64,000 nucleotides of DNA, from positions 9 to 64,008 of the forward strand of contig CBFGXL010000003.1 in assembly GCA_965652925.1 (NCBI GenBank), in the 5' to 3' direction. The notes under the pieces were generated by a model. That model was given only the letters and a program-made list of their open reading frames with translations. It was not told the origin of the DNA and did not search any database. Both the position numbers and the translations under genes were made by a program. Below are positions 48,089 through 59,675 of the stretch, piece after piece (the first letter of the stretch is position 1; each line of letters begins with the position of its first letter). Source of the DNA: an uncultured bacterium. GTDB lineage: Bacteria; Patescibacteriota; Minisyncoccia; Phycocordibacterales; UBA918.

Positions 48089-49855
48089 TTAATTCGTGTT
48101 TGAAAAAATGGGCCAAAGGTTGTTCGATTTCGTGTGCCAGTTCGAAATGTTGGCGAACCGTTCACTCTGCTTGCTTATTCGTACAAACGGGGAAGCGGTA
48201 ACCTGTTTGTCGAGAACATAGGCAAACGTCGGGACAAAAAGGAATATCGCAGGCTGGTCCTCCATAATGATGCGTTCCGCATGCCTCAAGTCCTCCATCT
48301 GTATTGCTGCATCCTTTTCTGTGCGTATACGCTGCAGAAGCGCGTCGACATCGATATTGGTGTACTGTGCGATATTGAGTCCAGGGTCGTTCTTCTGTGA
48401 AGAATGCCAGAATGGATAGAGGTCTGGTTGGCGTCCGGTCTCTGCTCCATACAACAGTGCCTCAAAGTCGCGTGGTCGGATAATGGACTGAACCAAGTCT
48501 GCTTGCTCAAACTGTGAGACATTCACCTCCACTCCGAGAGTCTTCCATGTTTCAGCGATGTACGTCGCTGTTTGGTCGAACAGCGGCGTATTGGCTGTAG
48601 AGAGTGATACCGAGAGCACAACGGGGCTCTTGTCTATTTCTTTTTCCCACGTCCCGTTCTCTTTTCTGGTCCATCCGCCTTCTTCAAGAAGTGCTGTTGC
48701 GTGTTGTATTCCTGAAATGCTTGTTGAACTACTGTGTGTCGAACTAGACGATTCTACAGGAAGAAATCCTTCAGGCACAGGTGAGTCTGTGGGAATGCCG
48801 TATCCATGTAGTACCTGCCCAACAAGCTCGTCCTTGTTGAGGGCAGCATTGAGGGCTTTGCGTACACTTTTGTCGCGCAATGCCGCAGATTTATTTTGGT
48901 TGAAATAGACTGCGAAGTTGCGTGGAAGCGGTGTCTCTATAACCGCGTACGTATCTGTGTTGACCTGCGCGAGCCTTTCGGCAGAAAGACTTGGCGTACT
49001 GGCAATATCCTTGTTATTGAGCGCCTCAAGAAGCTCGTCTTCGTTCTGATAAAAATTGAATACCACGGTTGTGATGTTTGGGTCAAGATTTGAAGAAGCG
49101 AATGCACTGAGCTTATATGCATAAATCAGTCCCGATTTATTGCGCAGTACATCTGAAACCATGTACGGTCCGGTACCGATCGGTTCGGTATTATTCTGGC
49201 TGAACGGTATCTGTTCGATAGGCAGCTCGTCCCAGAGCTCCCGAGGGAGGATGCCAACCGTGAGATTCTCCATAAACGGAGCATGCGCTTCTTCGAGTGT
49301 GATATTGAGCTCGTGTTCACCCACTTCCTCGATGGCAACCCCATCCCAGTTGCCGCGAAGCGGACTTTTCAGATCAGGATTCTGTATGAGCGCTATGGTG
49401 AACGCAACATCGCGCGAGGTGAGCTCGCTTCCATTATGGAAGCGCACATTAGGACGGATCTTCACATGATAAGTTTTGCCATCTTCTGACACCTCAACAG
49501 ACTCTGCAAGGTCGGGCACAAGATTGCCTTGCTCGTCTATTTTCATGAGACCGCTGTATACCAACGCAACCATGTCGTGGTCTGCGCGCGTGATAGCAAG
49601 AACAGGGTTCACAAAACGCGGAGTGCCGACGATACCTTCGACAATGGTCCCGCCTTGGCTCGGCACTGCAGTGAGATACCGATTGTTGGCTTCGGTTAGA
49701 GCATAGAATGAGGTACACACCACCGCGATGATAGCCAGATTGAAAAGGAATCGGTCACTTAATTTGCGCCGTTCCAGGAAATTAAAATAGCTGGTAAACA
49801 GGGAGAAACGTCTGCCCTTTGGTTCTGAAGCCATAGTAAGAGAGTGCATATGCAC
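48089..49855 (-). CDS. peptide ABC transporter substrate-binding protein (family 5), orphan
   Basis: EGIVGTPRFVNP, YSGL, PDLAES, FHNG.ELT..DV.FT, PIGTGPY, PDLYPFWHSSQ. Confidence 0.88.
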   Translation of the reverse strand: MHMHSLTMASEPKGRRFSLFTSYFNFLERRKLSDRFLFNLAIIAVVCTSFYALTEANNRYLTAVPSQGGTIVEGIVGTPRFVNPVLAITRADHDMVALVYSGLMKIDEQGNLVPDLAESVEVSEDGKTYHVKIRPNVRFHNGSELTSRDVAFTIALIQNPDLKSPLRGNWDGVAIEEVGEHELNITLEEAHAPFMENLTVGILPRELWDELPIEQIPFSQNNTEPIGTGPYMVSDVLRNKSGLIYAYKLSAFASSNLDPNITTVVFNFYQNEDELLEALNNKDIASTPSLSAERLAQVNTDTYAVIETPLPRNFAVYFNQNKSAALRDKSVRKALNAALNKDELVGQVLHGYGIPTDSPVPEGFLPVESSSSTHSSSTSISGIQHATALLEEGGWTRKENGTWEKEIDKSPVVLSVSLSTANTPLFDQTATYIAETWKTLGVEVNVSQFEQADLVQSIIRPRDFEALLYGAETGRQPDLYPFWHSSQKNDPGLNIAQYTNIDVDALLQRIRTEKDAAIQMEDLRHAERIIMEDQPAIFLFVPTFAYVLDKQVTASPFVRISKQSERFANISNWHTKSNNLWPIFSNTN

Positions 49856-49912
49856 CCGTTCAAAACGATAGTTATTTGCTAATTGCCGAAAACAACAGTC
49901 TATGCTGTTGTT

Positions 49913-50155
49913 TTAGTAGATCACAGTGATAAGTGCAGAGAGCACAAAGAGAATCGCTATCGCAATAGAAATGCGGAATAGGAAAAGCTCTCCTCCACGT
50001 CGTTTGTGAAATGTTGCGCTGAAATTATCGCCTCCGAAAGCACCACCAAGACTCGATCCGCGTTGTTGTAGCAATATTGCTGCTATAAGTAGGATGGAGA
50101 GGATGATCTGTACGAATGGTAGTACTGGAAGCACCACTGACTGTATAAATTCCAT
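49913..50155 (-). CDS. secG: preprotein translocase subunit SecG
   Basis: ILLQQRGSSLGGAFGG...RRG.E..L, two TMs. Confidence 0.92.
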   Translation of the reverse strand: MEFIQSVVLPVLPFVQIILSILLIAAILLQQRGSSLGGAFGGDNFSATFHKRRGGELFLFRISIAIAILFVLSALITVIY

Positions 50156-50268
50156 GTCGAGAAGATAGTAGCAGAAAGTAAGGACCGGGGCAAGAGGGGA
50201 TACTGGAGGACGCTAGATTGCTTCATTTTTGTAAATCATGCACACGATCATCAGCAATACTTACTTCT

Positions 50269-50622
50269 TTAATCGATCAATATCTCAATTAGGGATTTCA
50301 ATCCCGTTAGGTCGCCAATCATCATCCCTGTATCCATGTTATGTATTTCCAGATCGAGGAGTTCGTTTACCAATGCTTCGATATCAGCACGGAGCCTCTT
50401 TAGATCCTCCTCATTTATCGAAGACTGTTCATTTTTTTCCCAATATCTAGTGTCATGGGAGTCATTGAGCACAATGTATTTGGAACCGCTAAGCACCTCT
50501 AAACATTCTATCCGCTTTTCAGTTATTCTTTTGCGCAGTATCTCCAGTTGAGCCATTTTAGAGTCGACGTTTTCTGTATTGTCTTGTGCGCCCGGTTCTT
50601 GTTTTTTAAAACTCTCGAACAT
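50269..50622 (-). CDS. hypothetical protein (MFESFKK N-terminus)
   Basis: 117-aa ATG ORF filling the secG-groES gap; helical and acidic. Confidence 0.6.
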   Translation of the reverse strand: MFESFKKQEPGAQDNTENVDSKMAQLEILRKRITEKRIECLEVLSGSKYIVLNDSHDTRYWEKNEQSSINEEDLKRLRADIEALVNELLDLEIHNMDTGMMIGDLTGLKSLIEILID

Positions 50623-50809
50623 GTGATGTAAGGTTAAAAAGTAATTGAAGAAATATCTATGATAATCCTATCACAATGCAATCCATCCCCATTCTTCTTG
50701 ATTGTGTGATGTGTGGAATTATCTATAACTTTACAGTCGAGTGCGCTATCGTATAATGGCGGCTACCAGACGCTTGCGTCTGAGTTGTTACTACTTAAAT
50801 ATTGAGATC

Positions 50810-51121
50810 ATGTCAGACTTAAACATTCAACCACTTGGAGATCGTTGTGTGGTTCGGCCGCTTACCGATGAAGAGGCAGGGACTGTTTCTGCTTCCGGCA
50901 TTATCATTCCTGATACGGTGAACAAAGAGAAGCCTGGACAGGGCATTGTTGTCGCTGTCGGTACGGGCAAATGGGATGAGGATGGAGAAAAGCGCATTCC
51001 CATGGAAGTGAAGGAAGGGGACAAGATAGTGTTTTCAAAATACGGATATGATGAACTGAAGGTTGGCGACAAAGAATACTATATTGTCGGAGAATCAAGC
51101 ATTTTGGCAATTTTGAAATAA
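50810..51121 (+). CDS. groES: co-chaperonin GroES
   Basis: IQPLGDR, SGIIIPD, KEKP, VAVGTG, VKEGDKIVFSKY, ILAI. Confidence 0.96.
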   Translation: MSDLNIQPLGDRCVVRPLTDEEAGTVSASGIIIPDTVNKEKPGQGIVVAVGTGKWDEDGEKRIPMEVKEGDKIVFSKYGYDELKVGDKEYYIVGESSILAILK

Positions 51122-51135
51122 CATTTAACAGATAA

Positions 51136-52794
<1,659 letters not shown>

Positions 52795-52820
52795 TTGGCC
52801 TCTGCATATCATCTATAAAG

Positions 52821-52862
52821 ACAAAGCAGCGCACGACAGACAACGTGCGCTATTTTGTTTGT
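52821..52862 (+). terminator. intrinsic terminator after groEL
   Basis: agcgcacg...cgtgcgct stem followed by attttgttt. Confidence 0.65.
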
Positions 52863-52903
52863 GCTAACATTAAAAGATCAATTAGTTAACATAATAAGCA
52901 TCT

Positions 52904-53467
52904 ATGTTTGAGAGCTGGAAGAAAAAGACACAGGAGCAAGTGAAGACTGAGTATGTTGGCGAGGATGACCCAACCAAATCAGATATTGCACGGCATGCTG
53001 ATGCCATTAAGGAAGGTAGATCGCTGCCGACTTCGTATGGCATGGAGGATGCGGTCATACAGGAGGCTCTTCGAGAACGAATTAAAGCAATGAGCAATGA
53101 AGAGCTTGAGCACTTTATTGATGATGTGTATGAACACATTGTTCAGAATCTTCAGCCTGAGTATCGTGAGGTCTTTGAAAGAGCAGTCAATGGTGACGAA
53201 GAAGCGTATCGGGAGATGCAGCGATTCACTGCTCCTGATTTCGCAGGCGTTATAACCGCAATCAATGGAGGATTAACGGCTGGATTGTCAAAATTAAATT
53301 TGATATTAGAGCCTAATAACACAAATTCACAAATGCTCATAGGAGCGGGTATTTTTTTCATGATCGTTGGAACTGCATATGGCGCTGCGCGGTTCGCTGA
53401 GAGAAGTCAAGCAAGAAGGCGTCTCCAAATGCTTGAAAGAATATCCCAGTTTTCACCTGCTGCTTAA
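52904..53467 (+). CDS. hypothetical protein with C-terminal TM segments (MFESWKK N-terminus)
   Basis: 187-aa ORF, charged helical N-terminus, Gly-rich hydrophobic C-terminal helices. Confidence 0.65.
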   Translation: MFESWKKKTQEQVKTEYVGEDDPTKSDIARHADAIKEGRSLPTSYGMEDAVIQEALRERIKAMSNEELEHFIDDVYEHIVQNLQPEYREVFERAVNGDEEAYREMQRFTAPDFAGVITAINGGLTAGLSKLNLILEPNNTNSQMLIGAGIFFMIVGTAYGAARFAERSQARRRLQMLERISQFSPAA

Positions 53468-53571
53468 TAGAGCAATTTGCCTGTGGTTACATACAAATCT
53501 CAGGTGTTGATTCTCATTTCAGGGGGTATACTATAGTGGCATTACGAACCGTAACTAAAAAAGCGACCATC

Positions 53572-54156
53572 ATGAACATCACGTACATTATTCTCGCCAT
53601 CCTGGCAGCAATCGTTGTCTGGGCGATACTTGCTTACAACAACTTTATAAAGCTCATCCAGCGAACCAAGGAGGCGTGGGCAGACATAGACGTGCAGCTC
53701 AAGCGCCGGTATGATCTTATCCCTAACCTCATTGAAACAGTCAAAGGATATGCAGCGCATGAGCGTGCGGTATTTGACGAAGTGACAGAAGCCCGCGCAA
53801 AAGCTACACAAATACATGTTGATCCTGCAAATATCACTCCTGAGCAGATAGCCGCAATGTCGGGCGCTGAATCTGCACTTACTGCATCGCTCGGCAAACT
53901 TCTTGCAGTTGCAGAAGCCTACCCAGATCTGAAGGCAAATCAGAACTTCGCTCAACTGCAGACTGAACTTTCTGACACGGAAAACAAGATCCAGGCTGCA
54001 CGCCGCTTCTACAACGGCAATGTGCGTGATCTGGCTATTGCACTGCAGTCGTTCCCATCAAATGTTATTGGCAATCTGTTCGGTTTCAAAGAGGAGAAAT
54101 ACTTCGAATTGGAAGAAGACAGTGTCGAGCGCGAAAATGTTAAGGTGAGCTTCTAG
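53572..54156 (+). CDS. lemA: LemA family protein
   Basis: YN, AWADIDVQLKRRYDLIPNL, EAYPDLKANQNF, ENKIQAARRFYN, FPSN. Confidence 0.95.
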   Translation: MNITYIILAILAAIVVWAILAYNNFIKLIQRTKEAWADIDVQLKRRYDLIPNLIETVKGYAAHERAVFDEVTEARAKATQIHVDPANITPEQIAAMSGAESALTASLGKLLAVAEAYPDLKANQNFAQLQTELSDTENKIQAARRFYNGNVRDLAIALQSFPSNVIGNLFGFKEEKYFELEEDSVERENVKVSF

Positions 54157-54161
54157 TATCT

Positions 54162-54533
54162 ATGGAAAAGATCTACTATAACAAGCTTTGCCGGGATAAG
54201 ATCCCTGAAATTATCAAGAATAAGGGCTTTGACTGTCACGTGCGGGTTGTGGACCACGATGAATACAAGCGTGAGATAGTCCGTAAGGTGTTTGAAGAAG
54301 CAAGCGGTGTTCGGAACAATTCAGGCCATGAGGACCTGGTTGCAGAACTGGCCGATCTTATGATCACCATCGACGCAGTCAAGAAAGAGTTTGGCGTTTC
54401 AGATCTTGAGGTCTCTGCCGCTATCCAAAAGAGTCTTGATGAGAAAGGAGCATACGATGAGCGACTATACCTCTCTTGGTCATCGGATACAGAATATAGC
54501 TCAAACGAGCGAGGTCAGGGCTTTGATGATTAG
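54162..54533 (+). CDS. MazG-like nucleoside triphosphate pyrophosphohydrolase
   Basis: YNKLCRDKIPEII, EE, ELADL, KG.Y...LYL. Confidence 0.82.
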   Translation: MEKIYYNKLCRDKIPEIIKNKGFDCHVRVVDHDEYKREIVRKVFEEASGVRNNSGHEDLVAELADLMITIDAVKKEFGVSDLEVSAAIQKSLDEKGAYDERLYLSWSSDTEYSSNERGQGFDD

Positions 54534-54536
54534 GAT

Positions 54537-54911
54537 ATGAAGAAAGTTTTCTATAACAAGCTTGTTCGCGACAAAATTCAGGAAAAGATAGAAAAAAATG
54601 GGGAAGCGTGCGAAGTGCGGGTTATAGAAGACGATGATGAGTTTGAACAAGAGCTCTTCAAAAAGATAAAAGAAGAAGCTGACGCTCTTGCGTCGGTTTC
54701 TTCACGAGAAGAATTTCTTAAAGAATACGCCGATTTAATGGTTGTCCTTGATGCACTTACGCATCATATGGAGTTCTCAGAAGCCGATATTAAAACTGCC
54801 ATCGAGGAAAATGTTGCAAAAAAAGGCCTCTACAAGTTCCGGCATTTTTTGCATTGGTCAGACGAAGGAACATACAAAAGCAATGAAACACCTCAAGGTA
54901 TTAAGTCATAA
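54537..54911 (+). CDS. MazG-like nucleoside triphosphate pyrophosphohydrolase (paralog)
   Basis: YNKLVRDKI, KIKEEA, EYADL, KKG. Confidence 0.82.
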   Translation: MKKVFYNKLVRDKIQEKIEKNGEACEVRVIEDDDEFEQELFKKIKEEADALASVSSREEFLKEYADLMVVLDALTHHMEFSEADIKTAIEENVAKKGLYKFRHFLHWSDEGTYKSNETPQGIKS

Positions 54912-57248
54912 CTCTCTCTTCTTTCTTCTTTGTGCCGCGTTTTTTCTCATCGGACCGTCTTTTGTCTCTGCGGAGACCATCCAATCTTTCAGTACTGATA
55001 TTAAGCTCAATCAGGATGGGAGTTTTGTTGTTGAAGAGACAATTGTATACGACTTTGGGAATGAGGAACGTCACGGTATTTTTCGTTTTATTGAAAAGAA
55101 ACATCCACAGGAGGCATCTTCATTCCTGAAAGAGAGATTTACTGAAATCACGGTGGAAGACGTAACTATGGACCAGAAGCCGGTCCCGTATGACATACAT
55201 GATTCAAAAGAAAACCTTGAGATAAAAATTGGCGACCCCTATTCGACCATAACTGGGGCTCATCAATTTATAATTACCTATGAAGTTGTTGGAAATTATG
55301 CGTACTTTGATGATGGTACTGCTGAGATCTACTGGGATGTAACTGGTACGCAGTGGAATGTTCCTATACAGAAGGTTACAGCATTGATACATACTGCAGA
55401 CATTCCATTGCTTGAACGCGTAGCTTGTTATAAAGGGCCAGAAGGATCCAACACCCCGTGTGACAGTATCCAGACAGAAGACACCGGTAGTGTGCACTTT
55501 TTTGCCAGCAACCTTGCTCCTTATGAAAACCTGACCATCGCTCAATCATTTGACGCGGCAGTGCCGCGTTTTTTCTCATCGGACCGTCTTTTGTCTCTGC
55601 GGAGACCATCCAATCTTTCAGTACTGATATTAAGCTCAATCAGGATGGGAGTTTTGTTGTTGAAGAGACAATTGTATACGACTTTGGGAATGAGGAACGT
55701 CACGGTATTTTTCGTTTTATTGAAAAGAAACATCCACAGGAGGCATCTTCATTCCTGAAAGAGAGATTTACTGAAATCACGGTGGAAGACGTAACTATGG
55801 ACCAGAAGCCGGTCCCGTATGACATACATGATTCAAAAGAAAACCTTGAGATAAAAATTGGCGACCCCTATTCGACCATAACTGGGGCTCATCAATTTAT
55901 AATTACCTATGAAGTTGTTGGAAATTATGCGTACTTTGATGATGGTACTGCTGAGATCTACTGGGATGTAACTGGTACGCAGTGGAATGTTCCTATACAG
56001 AAGGTTACAGCATTGATACATACTGCAGACATTCCATTGCTTGAACGCGTAGCTTGTTATAAAGGGCCAGAAGGATCCAACACCCCGTGTGACAGTATCC
56101 AGACAGAAGACACCGGTAGTGTGCACTTTTTTGCCAGCAACCTTGCTCCTTATGAAAACCTGACCATCGCTCAATCATTTGACGCGGCACCTGTAGAGAA
56201 AGTCATCCTTGAGCGGTATCGATGGATAATTTTCGCTGTTATATTTTTCCCTGTTCTGATTTTAGCAATGATTTTCTTTGGGTATCGATACCGAACACAG
56301 TACAAAACAGGAAATCCAATCGTTGCACAGTATGAACCTTTTGAAGACTTTAAGCCTATGTATGCGGGTATGCTGTTTGATGGTAGGCTTGATCCTCGGG
56401 ACATTACCGCTGGGATTGTATACCTGGCCGAACAAGGATATCTCAAGATACGAAGAATAGAGCGGAAGGTTTTGTTTGTGTTTGAAGTCGATGACTACGA
56501 AATAACACTTATGCGCAGTGTTGCAAGCATACCCAACGATTTTTTGAGAGACATAGTATTACTCATGTTCGAATTACATGACACAGCAGGAAGAATAGTA
56601 TCCCTCGATGAGCTTAAGCAAAAAAGCATAAAACAAAGAGAAAATTTCACACGATTGCAGAAATTAAAGCGTGACCTCAAAGAGGATATGAAAAACAATG
56701 GTTTTTATCAAACATTCCCTGTTATTGGTTATCTGGTCGGTTCAATTGCCATACTTTTTTTCATTCTTATATTGCTCGTCGAGATATATCCTCTTCTAAC
56801 TATATTTGGCGTGTGTGTATTGCTGGCTGTTGCTGGTATCTTTGCATTTGTCATGAGCGAACGCCGAACTCGCAGAGGGTATGAAGCACTTGATCATCTC
56901 AAAGGATTTAAACTTTTCTTGTCAGTGACAGACGAGGAACGTTTCAAGTTTCATAATGCTCCACAAAAAAGCCCGGAACAGTTTATGGAGTATCTGCCGT
57001 TTGCGATAGCCTTTGGTGTAGAAAAGCAATGGGCAAAAGCATTTGAAGATATTACGATCCCAAATCCTGATTGGTATGACGGTGGGAGTGTGGGTAGTTT
57101 TTCGGCAATGAATTTCACTTCCAGCATCGGCGCATTCTCATCTTCAATTGCGTCGTCGTCTGTCTCGAGTTCGTCAAGCAGTGGTGGAAGTAGTGGCGGT
57201 GGTTTTTCAGGCGGAGGAGGTGGAGGCGGCGGTGGTGGATCGTGGTGA
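54883..57248 (+). pseudogene. DUF2207 membrane protein, frameshifted by an internal 629-bp tandem duplication (possibly an assembly artefact)
   Basis: signal peptide + ETIQSF..DI.L.QDGS..VEETIVYDF, RHGIFR, YWDVTG..W, LPFAIAFGV, GGGFSGGGGGGGGGGSW tail; removing one copy gives a continuous 578-aa ORF. Confidence 0.8.
54932..56189 (+). repeat. exact tandem duplication, 2 x 629 bp (54932-55560, 55561-56189)
   Basis: identical sequence at offset 629; duplicated ORFs appear in the ORF track. Confidence 0.95.
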
Positions 57249-57287
57249 TTCTTGCAACTATCGCAATTGGCCCTACAATGTAGTCAT

Positions 57288-58184
57288 ATGGCTACATTGT
57301 ATACGCATCAGGGAAGTAATATCGCAAAGACATGGTTTCTGATGGCCATGTTCTTCGCAATCGTCATTGCTATAGGTTATGCAGTTTCTTGGTATTTAGG
57401 TGACTCAAGTATTTTGTATATTGCAATCATATTTGCACTTGTTATGAATGTGGGAAGCTACTGGTTCTCCGACAAGCTCGTGGTCTCCATGACAGGCGCA
57501 AAACCTGCAACACGGGAAGAATATCCAGACCTTTGGAATGTTGTTGAGAATCTTTCGATCACCGCAGGGCTGCCGATGCCGAAGGTGTATGTAGTTAATG
57601 ACCCTGCGCCCAATGCTTTTGCAACCGGCAGAGACCCAAAACATGCAGTTGTTGCTGCAACCACCGGCCTCTTGCAGATACTCGATCGAACGGAGCTTGA
57701 AGGGGTGATGGCACATGAGCTTTCGCATGTAGGAAACAGGGACATGCTTGTGTCGACTGTTGCGGTTGTGTTGGCAGGATTTGTTGCCATTCTTTCAGAC
57801 ATTTTCCTGCGTGCAACGATGTTTGGCGGGGGAGATGATCGCAAGCACCCCATTTTCCTTATTCTAGCTGTGGTAGGCATCGTTCTTGCACCAATCGCTG
57901 CCTCACTTATCCAAATGGCTATTTCCCGCAAAAGAGAATTCCTTGCGGACGCTTCGGGTGCCTTGCTTACGCGCTATCCGGAAGGATTGGCTTCTGCGCT
58001 TGAGAAAATATCAACGTATGGCCGTCCAATGGTACGCGCGAACAATGCAACCGCGCATCTGTTCATTGCTGATCCGTTTGGTCCCGGCAAGGGGTCACTT
58101 ACAAAGAAGATTGCAAACTGGTTCCAAACGCATCCTCCGGTAGAGGATCGGGTGCGCATTCTCAGAGGAATGGATGTTCAGTAA
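57288..58184 (+). CDS. htpX: zinc metalloprotease HtpX (M48)
   Basis: PNAFATGRDP, ELEGVMAHELSHV, SRKREFLAD, LASALEKI, THPP. Confidence 0.93.
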   Translation: MATLYTHQGSNIAKTWFLMAMFFAIVIAIGYAVSWYLGDSSILYIAIIFALVMNVGSYWFSDKLVVSMTGAKPATREEYPDLWNVVENLSITAGLPMPKVYVVNDPAPNAFATGRDPKHAVVAATTGLLQILDRTELEGVMAHELSHVGNRDMLVSTVAVVLAGFVAILSDIFLRATMFGGGDDRKHPIFLILAVVGIVLAPIAASLIQMAISRKREFLADASGALLTRYPEGLASALEKISTYGRPMVRANNATAHLFIADPFGPGKGSLTKKIANWFQTHPPVEDRVRILRGMDVQ

Positions 58185-58195
58185 AGGATGTATAT

Positions 58196-58227
58196 AAAAA
58201 AACCGCAGCGGAGGCTGCGGTTTTTTT
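58196..58227. terminator. bidirectional intrinsic terminator
   Basis: A7-ccgcagc-ggag-gctgcgg-T7 between convergent genes. Confidence 0.85.
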
Positions 58228-58429
58228 AGAGGAGTCCCTCAAACGAACTCAGGTACGAACTGATCAGGTAAGGAACCACGAATGCTCCGATGATAAGCGG
58301 CAGTACAAGCATTACGATGGTAAACCACAGCGAGAAAAGCATGTACTTCTTCATCTTTCCAACTGTTGCGCTGAGCTCGTCAATTTTCTTCGATTGTTCC
58401 TCAAGTTTTTCTAGAATGGTATTATCCAT
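58226..58429 (-). CDS. small membrane protein (coiled coil + TM)
   Basis: MDNTILEKLEEQSKKIDEL...KMKKY + TM; start moved to ATG 58429. Confidence 0.7.
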   Translation of the reverse strand: MDNTILEKLEEQSKKIDELSATVGKMKKYMLFSLWFTIVMLVLPLIIGAFVVPYLISSYLSSFEGLL

Positions 58430-58449
58430 GACGTTCAGTATACCAGAGT

Positions 58450-58800
58450 CTATTTTCTGTGGAGTATGCACAGCGCGATAGCCATGAGCAGGATAGGGAC
58501 GTCCCGAAATAGCACATCCATTTGCGTGATATTCAAAAGCACAATGCTCGCGAGCATAAGTACTGCAATTGCAGAGGGAATGAATATACGCTTGCCTGAA
58601 AGTACCCACAATCCTATGGCAATCTCAACTACACCAAAAATGTGGAGGAGAAGAAGCATATCCAACCCTGTATCACTTATGAACACTGGAAAATATCCTA
58701 CCCAGGAATATGGATTGAAAAAAGCTGAGATTGGCGGATACAAAAAAGAGAACGCTACGCCGATACGAAGCAGGAGTTCAACGTGTTTGTCTGTCTGCAT
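58450..58800 (-). CDS. DoxX-like membrane protein
   Basis: LLRIGVAF, GVVEIAIGL, RDV; four TMs. Confidence 0.75.
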   Translation of the reverse strand: MQTDKHVELLLRIGVAFSFLYPPISAFFNPYSWVGYFPVFISDTGLDMLLLLHIFGVVEIAIGLWVLSGKRIFIPSAIAVLMLASIVLLNITQMDVLFRDVPILLMAIALCILHRK

Positions 58801-58806
58801 GATTTG

Positions 58807-59265
58807 TTAAAGAGTTTTGATGTAAAAACCTTCGCTTCCGTAGAGGGTGTACGTACCATCGCTGTTGTCCTGCGCGTAGACTTCAACTTTCTGTCCGATT
58901 GATGCTTCCAGACCGCCAATCCCATCGACTCCGATAATCGAGCCAGCTGTCTCCTGTGACCATCCCATGATCAGGGTAATGTGTTTGCCGTCAACCACTG
59001 CAAAGCACTCTCCATCTGCAAAGCAGCCAGTGTCAACCTGTTCCAAAGTTCCAGTGAACGTATCTGCTTTGAGCTTTACTTGTGATTGTGGATTGTCTCC
59101 TGCATGAATTTCATCTTCTTCAAGGACTGTATTTTCGTTTGTTGTTTCAGATTGAAATTCTTCCTCTACTTTGTCCTGTACTGTGTCACGGTCTTGCGGC
59201 AACAAAAAATATAATGCCAACAATGCCACAATAACTCCTGCTCCAATGATGACCAAATTTTTCAT
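58807..59265 (-). CDS. membrane-anchored hypothetical protein
   Basis: MKNLVIIG TM anchor, GCFADGEC, OB-like beta C-terminus. Confidence 0.65.
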   Translation of the reverse strand: MKNLVIIGAGVIVALLALYFLLPQDRDTVQDKVEEEFQSETTNENTVLEEDEIHAGDNPQSQVKLKADTFTGTLEQVDTGCFADGECFAVVDGKHITLIMGWSQETAGSIIGVDGIGGLEASIGQKVEVYAQDNSDGTYTLYGSEGFYIKTL

Positions 59266-59526
59266 ATTGTCATTAATAATACCATTACAAACAGTAATGA
59301 ATTTGTCCTTTTTGTGCTGTGTAGGAATGAGAAGAGAATACTTGGAGCTTCGCAAGATCTTTTGTGCTTCAGCCAAAAGGTATACAGCTTCTGTAAGAAG
59401 GGGGATTCGATTCTTACAGAATCTGTTCAGGTTGTAGGAAATTTTTTGCAAAATTTCGACAACCTTTTGGAATCCCCACATAGAAACTAAAAAAACCAGG
59501 AATAAATCCTGAATTTTCTAGTTTTG

Positions 59527-59613
59527 CGGAGAGAGGGGGATTCGAACCCCCGAGGAGCTTTCACCCCTGCCGCCTTTCCAAGGCGGTACATTCAACCGCT
59601 CTGCCATCTCTCC
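59527..59613 (-). tRNA. tRNA-Ser (anticodon GGA)
   Basis: GGAGAGA acceptor stem, ccgcc-ttGGAaa-ggcgg anticodon arm, long variable arm, GGTTCGAATCC T-arm, discriminator G. Confidence 0.95.
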
Positions 59614-59675
59614 GTGAGGCACCATAATACCGTACCTGTGCCGTTCTGCGAAGTTGGTTTGATATACTGATGCGT

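Noticed and set aside
50700-50810. CIRCE/HrcA operator upstream of groES
   Set aside because: Only a partial gagtgc is present; no TTAGCACTC-N9-GAGTGCTAA inverted repeat.
57150-57245. Ser/Gly-rich low-complexity repeat
   Set aside because: Normal GGGGSW tail of DUF2207 proteins.
54742-57248. Two separate DUF2207 genes (54742-55758 and 55782-57248)
   Set aside because: Both are fragments of one gene split by the 629-bp duplication; the first ORF's tail is out-of-frame repeat sequence.
58226-59613. Prophage or integrative island at tRNA-Ser
   Set aside because: No integrase, phage or transposase genes; only a 12-nt T-arm match close by.
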